Shown here one piece after another: positions 55,551 through 64,000 of a DNA stretch of 64,000 bases. Position 1 is the stretch's first letter, and every line of letters begins with the position of its first letter. The DNA comes from an uncultured delta proteobacterium (GTDB lineage: Bacteria > Desulfobacterota > Binatia > Binatales > Binataceae), in assembly GCA_963773975.1 (NCBI GenBank), contig CAVZDJ010000050.1, forward strand, positions 6,176 to 70,175, read 5' to 3'. Under the pieces are notes generated by a model. It did no database searches, was not told where the DNA came from, and saw nothing but the letters and a program-made list of their open reading frames with translations. Made by a program: the position numbers and the translations under genes.

Positions 55551-55612
55551 TTGCCAGTCGGGTCGCGCTGATGATAATCTGTTTTTCGTGTGGGCTTTCG
55601 CCCACTTTTTTG
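55551..55612 (+). promoter_or_regulatory. rimP promoter and leader hairpin (attenuator-like)
   Basis: TTGCCA-N16-GATAAT followed by GTGGGC-TTTC-GCCCAC-TTTTTT at 55590-55612, like the terminator hairpin commonly found upstream of rimP-nusA-infB. Confidence 0.75.
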
Positions 55613-55794
55613 TTTGGCCGGTTCGCCCGATGGTTGCGGCGCTCGGGCGCAGAAACCTCCTGAGACAGAGTCGGACTGCGGTGGGGCGCTGCGAGAGCCC
55701 TCGTTCGGGCGTGGTGCGCAGGGGGTAGCGCGGTGTGGGAGTATCTCTGGTGACAGACGCAGGCGCAACGGGAAGTCACAGGCAAGGCCACGGG

Positions 55795-56289
55795 ATGGTG
55801 GTGCAACTCCATCCGGTGGCGATGCGCGTGGCGGAGCTGCTCGCGCCGCACGTCGAGCGCCAGGGTTTCGAGCTGGTGTCGGTGGAGTATCACAAGGGCA
55901 CGCGCAGCTCGCTCTTGCGGCTGTTGGTGGATCGGCCGGGCGGCGGCATCGCGCTCAGCGATCTCGAGCGGCTGAGCCCGGTGCTCGGCGACCTGCTCGA
56001 CGTTTACGATCCGATCGAGGGGCGCTACACGCTGGAGGTCGCATCGCCCGGAGTGAACCGGCCGCTGACGCGGATCGCGGACTTCGAGGCGTTTGTCGGC
56101 CAGCGGGTCAGGATCAAGACGCATCGCGCGATGGACGGTCAGAAATCGTTCACCGGCGTGCTCGCGTCGGTGAATGCGGAAGGAGTTGAAATCGACGACG
56201 AACCGAGCCGACGCCGTTTGAAAATCGGCTTCGGCGAAATGAAGGGAGCAAATCACGAATACGATTTTGACGGAGCTGGGCGCCGATGA
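55795..56289 (+). CDS. rimP: Ribosome maturation factor RimP
   Basis: GFELVSVEY, LRLLVDRPGG, YTLEVASPGVNRPL; first gene of the nusA operon. Start uncertain. Confidence 0.95.
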   Translation: MVVQLHPVAMRVAELLAPHVERQGFELVSVEYHKGTRSSLLRLLVDRPGGGIALSDLERLSPVLGDLLDVYDPIEGRYTLEVASPGVNRPLTRIADFEAFVGQRVRIKTHRAMDGQKSFTGVLASVNAEGVEIDDEPSRRRLKIGFGEMKGANHEYDFDGAGRR

Positions 56290-56400
56290 GACCGCGGAGC
56301 GCGTTATGCGCGCGGCTCCCTCGCGCCGGTTCAGGATTCTTGGCCGATAGATTATTTTGCCGAGGGCGCATGCTGAGCCATCGCGCCCCGTGGAGGCCGT

Positions 56401-57819
56401 ATGACCGGAGAGCTTAACCGGGTGATCGAGCAGGTTTCCAAGGAAAAAGGGATCGACAAGACGATCGTGATAAGCGCGATCGAGGAGATGATGCATTCGG
56501 CGGCGCGGCGCACGTTCGGCGAGCGCAATATCGAGTCGCGCTACAACTCCGAGCTCGGCGAGGTCGAGCTGTTCGAGATCAAAACCGTGGTCGACCAGGT
56601 CGCCAACCCGCAGGTCGAAGCCACCCGCGACGAAGCGCGCGCCAAGTACGATCCCGAGGCCGAGGTCGGCGACGAAATCCTGATCAAGCTCGATACCGCC
56701 ACCATGGGCCGGATCGCGGCGCAGGCGGCCAAGCAGAACCTCATCCAGCACATCCGCGACGCCGAGCGCAAACAGATCTTCAACGAATTCAAGGATCGCA
56801 AGAGCGAAGTCGTCTCGGGTATCGTGCAGCGCTTCGAGCGCAAGAACATGATCGTCAACCTCGGCCGCACCGAGGCGATCCTGCCCGAGAAAGAGCAGAT
56901 CCCGCACGAGCGCTATCGCCAGGGCGATCGTATCCGCGCGCTGATCCTCGACGTCGACCTGTCCGAGAAGGGGCTCTCGATCGTGCTCTCGCGCACCGCC
57001 AACGAGTTCCTGTGCAAGCTGTTCGAGCAGGAGGTGCCCGAGATTTACGAGGGCATCGTCGAGATTCGCCAGTGCGCGCGCGAGCCCGGCGGACGCGCCA
57101 AGGTCGCGGTCTACTCCAAGGACTCCGACGTCGACCCGGTCGGCGCCTGCGTCGGGATGAAGGGGACGCGCGTGCAGGCGGTGGTGCAGGAGTTGCGCGG
57201 CGAAAAAATCGACATCGTGCCGTGGACCGACGACCAGGCCGAGCTGGTGTGCCGCGCGCTCGCCCCGGCCAAGGTCTCCAAGGTGATCATCGACGAGGAC
57301 GAGCATGCGATGGAGGTGGTGGTGCCCGACGACCAGCTTTCGCTGGCGATCGGCAAGCGCGGCCAGAACGTGCGCCTGGCGCATCGGCTCTCGGGATGGA
57401 AAATCGACTTGCGCAGCGACTCGGAGGCGGAAGAAGAGGCGCGCGCCGCGCGGGCCTCGCTCAACGCGATTCCCGGCATCGGCGACATCAACGCCGAACT
57501 GCTTTACCAGTGGGGTTTCCGCACTGCCGAACAGCTCGCCGAGACCGCCGAGGAATCGTTCGAAGTCGAAGGCATCTCGCCCGAACGCGCCCGCCAGTTG
57601 ATCCTCGCCGCGCGCGAATGGGTCGCCAAGAAGCATGCGGATGAACAGGCGGCCGCGGTCGCGGCGGCTCAAGCCGCCGCCGAGAAGGCCGAGGCGGACG
57701 CGGCCGCGGCGGCCTCCGCTGGCGATGAAGAAGCGGCGGCGGAAGGCGGCGTCGAAGACGGCGCGGGCACAGACGGCGTGAGTGTCAACGAAGAGGAAGA
57801 TGCGGCGGCGAAATCATAG
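56401..57819 (+). CDS. nusA: Transcription termination factor NusA
   Basis: EKGID, GRIAAQAAKQ, AREPGGRAKVAV, DPVGACVGMKG and AIGKRGQNVRLA. Confidence 0.98.
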   Translation: MTGELNRVIEQVSKEKGIDKTIVISAIEEMMHSAARRTFGERNIESRYNSELGEVELFEIKTVVDQVANPQVEATRDEARAKYDPEAEVGDEILIKLDTATMGRIAAQAAKQNLIQHIRDAERKQIFNEFKDRKSEVVSGIVQRFERKNMIVNLGRTEAILPEKEQIPHERYRQGDRIRALILDVDLSEKGLSIVLSRTANEFLCKLFEQEVPEIYEGIVEIRQCAREPGGRAKVAVYSKDSDVDPVGACVGMKGTRVQAVVQELRGEKIDIVPWTDDQAELVCRALAPAKVSKVIIDEDEHAMEVVVPDDQLSLAIGKRGQNVRLAHRLSGWKIDLRSDSEAEEEARAARASLNAIPGIGDINAELLYQWGFRTAEQLAETAEESFEVEGISPERARQLILAAREWVAKKHADEQAAAVAAAQAAAEKAEADAAAAASAGDEEAAAEGGVEDGAGTDGVSVNEEEDAAAKS

Positions 57820-58090
57820 GCCCGAGCGCACCTGTCTGGGATGTCTGACGCGCGACGCGCAGGCCGCGATGGTGCGGCTGGCGGCGGTTGATGGAGTGGT
57901 GCGCGCCGACCAGCGCCGGCGCCTTGGCGGACGCGGCGGTTATCTGCATCCGCGCCGCGAATGCCTGGATCGTTTCGCGCGCGCCCGCACGCGCGAGTCC
58001 CGTTCGCTGCGAGTTGCGCTCGACCGCGGCGCGCGGGAATTGATTGCGCAAATGTTACAAGGGCGGCTGGATAGCGGAAGCGCTCTCTAA
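57800..58090 (+). CDS. ylxR: YlxR/RnpM (DUF448) RNA-binding protein
   Basis: PERTCLGC...GRGGYLHP...C; between nusA and infB. Confidence 0.92.
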   Translation: MRRRNHRPERTCLGCLTRDAQAAMVRLAAVDGVVRADQRRRLGGRGGYLHPRRECLDRFARARTRESRSLRVALDRGARELIAQMLQGRLDSGSAL

Positions 58091-58103
58091 TAGAGTAGGC
58101 AAA

Positions 58104-61274
<3,171 letters not shown>

Positions 61275-61399
61275 GCGCTTGAACAGGCTGCCGCGCCTTT
61301 GACGCGCGCGCGGCGGCATATCGCGCGCGTCCGCTCCAGGAGGCCGCGTGAGTGCAAAGCAGGGCCGGCGCGAGCGCGGGCGGGGCGAAGGGCTGATCG

Positions 61400-61687
61400 A
61401 TGGTCGTAGGGGTCTTGCAGCTCACGCTCTTTTTGCCGGAGAACCACTCGCTCAAGGGCAAGCGCCAAGTGCTGCGCGCGATCAAGGATCGCGTGCGCTC
61501 CAAGTTTAACGTCTCGATCGCCGAGTCCGACGGCCACGATCTGTGGCAGCGCGCCGAACTGGGGATTTGTCAGGTCGGCAGCGACCGCGCGTTCGTCGAC
61601 TCGGCGCTGCGCGAGGTCGTCAACTTCATCGATTCGCTCGGCTTGGCCCCGCTCGGCGAAGAGCGGCTCGAAATAATCAACTACTGA
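61400..61687 (+). CDS. DUF503 (YlxP) protein
   Basis: MVVGVL...HSLKGKR...KFNVSIAE...DLWQRAELG; position after infB. Confidence 0.94.
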   Translation: MVVGVLQLTLFLPENHSLKGKRQVLRAIKDRVRSKFNVSIAESDGHDLWQRAELGICQVGSDRAFVDSALREVVNFIDSLGLAPLGEERLEIINY

Positions 61688-61719
61688 ACGCCAACTTCCC
61701 GCGTTCATGATATCCAGAA

Positions 61720-62315
61720 ATGAACGCGCACTTGCCAAACGGTAGGTTCAGGTTGCGCAACCTGGTCAGGCCGCTGACAGCGGTCGAGAAGGTTACCCTC
61801 GCGCTGGCGATGACGTGGGCGGCAGGCTTTGTCGATCTCGTCGGCTACGTGTCGCTCTACGGGCTCTATACCTCGCACATGACCGGAAACACGATCGCGA
61901 TGGCATATATCGGAGTCTCCAATGGAGTGGCGTCGTGCGTCGCGGATGGCCAATCTTGACCTTCGTCTTCGGCCTGATGCTCGGTGCTTTCATCTACGAG
62001 GCGGAGAAGCCGCGTAGGATCCAGATTCCATTCCCGCCCGCTATCGCGCTGGAGCGCCTCGCCGCGCAACTTCCCGCCGCGCAAAGCCGCGTGATTATCG
62101 TGAGGTTCGGCAATCCCGCGCGCGAGATCGCGGCGCTCGCACGCCGGGTCGGCGCCGACCTGATCGTGATGGGCACGCATGGGCGCTCGATGATGGCGCG
62201 TCTGTTCCAGGGCAGTATCGCCGAGAAAGTGATCGCTAACGCACCCTGCCCGGTGTTCACACTGCCGCCCGACACGATGGCCGAAGCGCCGGACATCGCC
62301 TCGCAGGCTGCCTGA
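61720..62315 (+). pseudogene. Chimeric remnant: DUF1275/YoaK N-terminal half (frameshifted) fused to a universal stress protein C-terminal half
   Basis: AAGFVDLVGYVSLYGLYTSHMTGNT (DUF1275), a shift at about 61910 to WPILTFVFGLMLGA...ALE, then GNPAREIAALARRVGADLIVMGTHGRS...GSIAEKVIANAPCPV (USP). Confidence 0.78.
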
Positions 62316-62422
62316 ACCGCGGTTGCGCCGAATTTTCAGCGGCATTTTCCGACGAGCGCGAGCGCGTGCGACTCTCGCGCCGGCGTTTATGCGCGATGGC
62401 GCACGCGCTAACATCAACGTCG

Positions 62423-62773
62423 ATGGCTTCCGAACCACGCCGGCCCGAGCGCGTCGCCGAGATGGTGCTGCGCGAACTCTCGTTGATGCTTATCCGCGAC
62501 CTGAAAGATCCGCGCCTGCGCGGGATCACGTTCACCGGGGTCAGGATGACCGACGATCTCCGTCATGGGCGGGTGTTCTTTTCGCACCTCGAAGGACAAG
62601 CGCGCGCCGCCGAGGCGATCGCGGGCTTCAAGAGCGCCGGTGGATTTATCCGCCGCCAGGTGGGCCGCGTCCTGGGCCTGCGTTACGCGCCCGAGTTCGA
62701 GTTCGAATTCGATCCCGGACCCGAGCGCGCCGCCCGTATCGACGTTCTGCTGCGAAGCGCGCGTAAGGACTAG
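62423..62773 (+). CDS. rbfA: Ribosome-binding factor A
   Basis: RPERVAE...LKDPRL...TDDLRHGRVF...AGGFIR...LRYAPEFEFEFD. Confidence 0.96.
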   Translation: MASEPRRPERVAEMVLRELSLMLIRDLKDPRLRGITFTGVRMTDDLRHGRVFFSHLEGQARAAEAIAGFKSAGGFIRRQVGRVLGLRYAPEFEFEFDPGPERAARIDVLLRSARKD

Positions 62774-62840
62774 GGTTTTCTGCGCGCCCCGGCGCCGCTT
62801 ACGCTGCGCCGCCATATCGGCTATCGTCGGCGCACCGCCC

Positions 62841-63749
62841 ATGGATGGAGTTTTGCTTGTCGACAAGCCGGCCGGAATCACTTCGGCCGAAGCCGTGCGC
62901 CAGATCAAGGCGCGCGTGCGGCCCGCACGCGTAGGCCATCTGGGCACGCTCGATCCGTTCGCGACCGGATTGCTGCCGATCCTGATCGGCGAGGCGACCA
63001 AGCTCGCGCCGTTTCTGCAGGATGGTGAAAAAGAGTACGAAGGCGTGATCCGGCTCGGGGTCGAGACCGACACGCTCGACCGCACTGGCGCCGAGATTCA
63101 AACCGCCGAGGTCCCGCCGCTCACCGCCGCGATGCTGGCGGAGGCCGCCGCGCGCTACACGGGCAGGATCGTGCAGCAGCCGCCAATCTTCTCAGCGATC
63201 AAGCGCGACGGCGTGCCGCTTTACCGGCTCGCGCGCCGCGGCGTCGAGGTCGAGCCGCCGCCGCCGCGCGAGGTCGAGATTTCGCGCCTGCGGCTCGACG
63301 CGGCGGACGCGACGTCGATCCATTTCGTCGCCGCGTGCTCGACCGGCACCTACATGCGCTCGCTCGCACGCGACCTCGGGATCGCGTTTGGCACGGTCGC
63401 CCATCTGGCTGAACTGCGCCGGCTGCGCAACGGATCGTTTACGCTGGCAAAGGCGCGTCCGCTCGCGGCGGTACTCGAAGCGCTCGCCGATTCCCGAAGC
63501 GGCGGTCGCGCCAGTCAAAGCGCCCCCGGGCTAATCGGGATGCGCGAGGCGCTCGTTACGATGGCCGAGGCCGAGGCGGACATGATCCAGGTGCGGCGGC
63601 TTCGCAACGGCGACTCGCGCGCGCTCGATGGCCTCGTGCCGGCGGGCGCGAAGCTGTTCAAGGTGGTGAACGCGGGCGATCTGATCGCGGTGGCCGAGGC
63701 GACCTCGCGCGTGACGGCCCGCGTGGTGCGAGTGTTTGGGGTGGAGTAG
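62841..63749 (+). CDS. truB: tRNA pseudouridine(55) synthase
   Basis: MDGVLLVDKPAGITS, GHLGTLDPFATG, PPIFSAIK and CSTGTYMRSL. Confidence 0.97.
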   Translation: MDGVLLVDKPAGITSAEAVRQIKARVRPARVGHLGTLDPFATGLLPILIGEATKLAPFLQDGEKEYEGVIRLGVETDTLDRTGAEIQTAEVPPLTAAMLAEAAARYTGRIVQQPPIFSAIKRDGVPLYRLARRGVEVEPPPPREVEISRLRLDAADATSIHFVAACSTGTYMRSLARDLGIAFGTVAHLAELRRLRNGSFTLAKARPLAAVLEALADSRSGGRASQSAPGLIGMREALVTMAEAEADMIQVRRLRNGDSRALDGLVPAGAKLFKVVNAGDLIAVAEATSRVTARVVRVFGVE

Positions 63750-63846
63750 GTCGCCGCTGTCTCCGGATGCCTTCGATTTCCCTCTCCTTGTCCGTACCCT
63801 CGCTCGCTCGCGCTGTAGTAACCTGCGTCCATCACAGGAGGCAGCT

Positions 63847-64000
63847 ATGGCAGAGCGCGAACGGCAGGGATCGGCGCACAGTTTCGAGGTCGCGATCGAG
63901 CGCGACGTGATGGTCACGATGCGCGACGGCGCGCGCCTCGCAACCGACATCTACCGGCCCGCGCGCAGGGGCGCAGCCGTGCCCGGCCGCTTTCCGGTGC
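63847..64000 (+). CDS. CocE/NonD family hydrolase, N-terminal fragment at the window edge
   Basis: AGGAGG RBS; MAERERQG...ERDVMVTMRDGARLATDIYRP...RFPV. Confidence 0.85.
   Translation, partial: MAERERQGSAHSFEVAIERDVMVTMRDGARLATDIYRPARRGAAVPGRFPV

Noticed and set aside
55417-57672. 751-aa ORF antisense to rimP-nusA
   Set aside because: Mirror-frame artefact of real genes on the plus strand.

Overview
A GC-rich chromosomal segment (roughly two-thirds GC by eye), almost fully coding, with about 60 genes. Gene content (many CoA/lipid enzymes, maf-yggS-proC-yggT-yggU, rimP-nusA-ylxR-infB-DUF503-rbfA-truB) suggests a Deltaproteobacteria-related lineage such as Binatota; this is inference only. No rRNA, tRNA, CRISPR array, transposase or integrase was seen. 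Main blocks in order: (1) a tripartite RND efflux operon with a palindromic operator; (2) an OxoO/OxoR-like Rieske oxygenase pair plus a flavin monooxygenase, flanked by a CoA-transferase and a thiolase; (3) KirBac, BolA-GrxD and a DoxX remnant; (4) a cytoplasmic SBP56/methanethiol-oxidase-like gene coupled to a Met/His-rich membrane protein and a CusRS-like two-component system; (5) a frameshifted persulfide dioxygenase-rhodanese fusion, an anion permease and a rhodanese-less ThiI; (6) a Zn-ADH plus hydantoinase/oxoprolinase A/B operon; (7) Slt, DUF429, HAD, MurU and AmgK, a possible peptidoglycan-recycling cluster; (8) ABC-F, a decayed Phd/VapC toxin-antitoxin pair, a beta-carbonic anhydrase, SDR/ACAD/MaoC genes, GH57 and acs; (9) the nusA-infB operon, interrupted by a DUF1275-USP chimeric remnant. 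Two REP-like inverted doublets and a 15-bp coding repeat in infB were found. The best candidate for an undescribed system is the putative copper-supplied thiol-oxidation module around SBP56 and its sulfur-handling neighbours. Several 1-2 bp indels may be assembly errors rather than real pseudogenes. All family calls come from motif recognition by eye, not from database searches.
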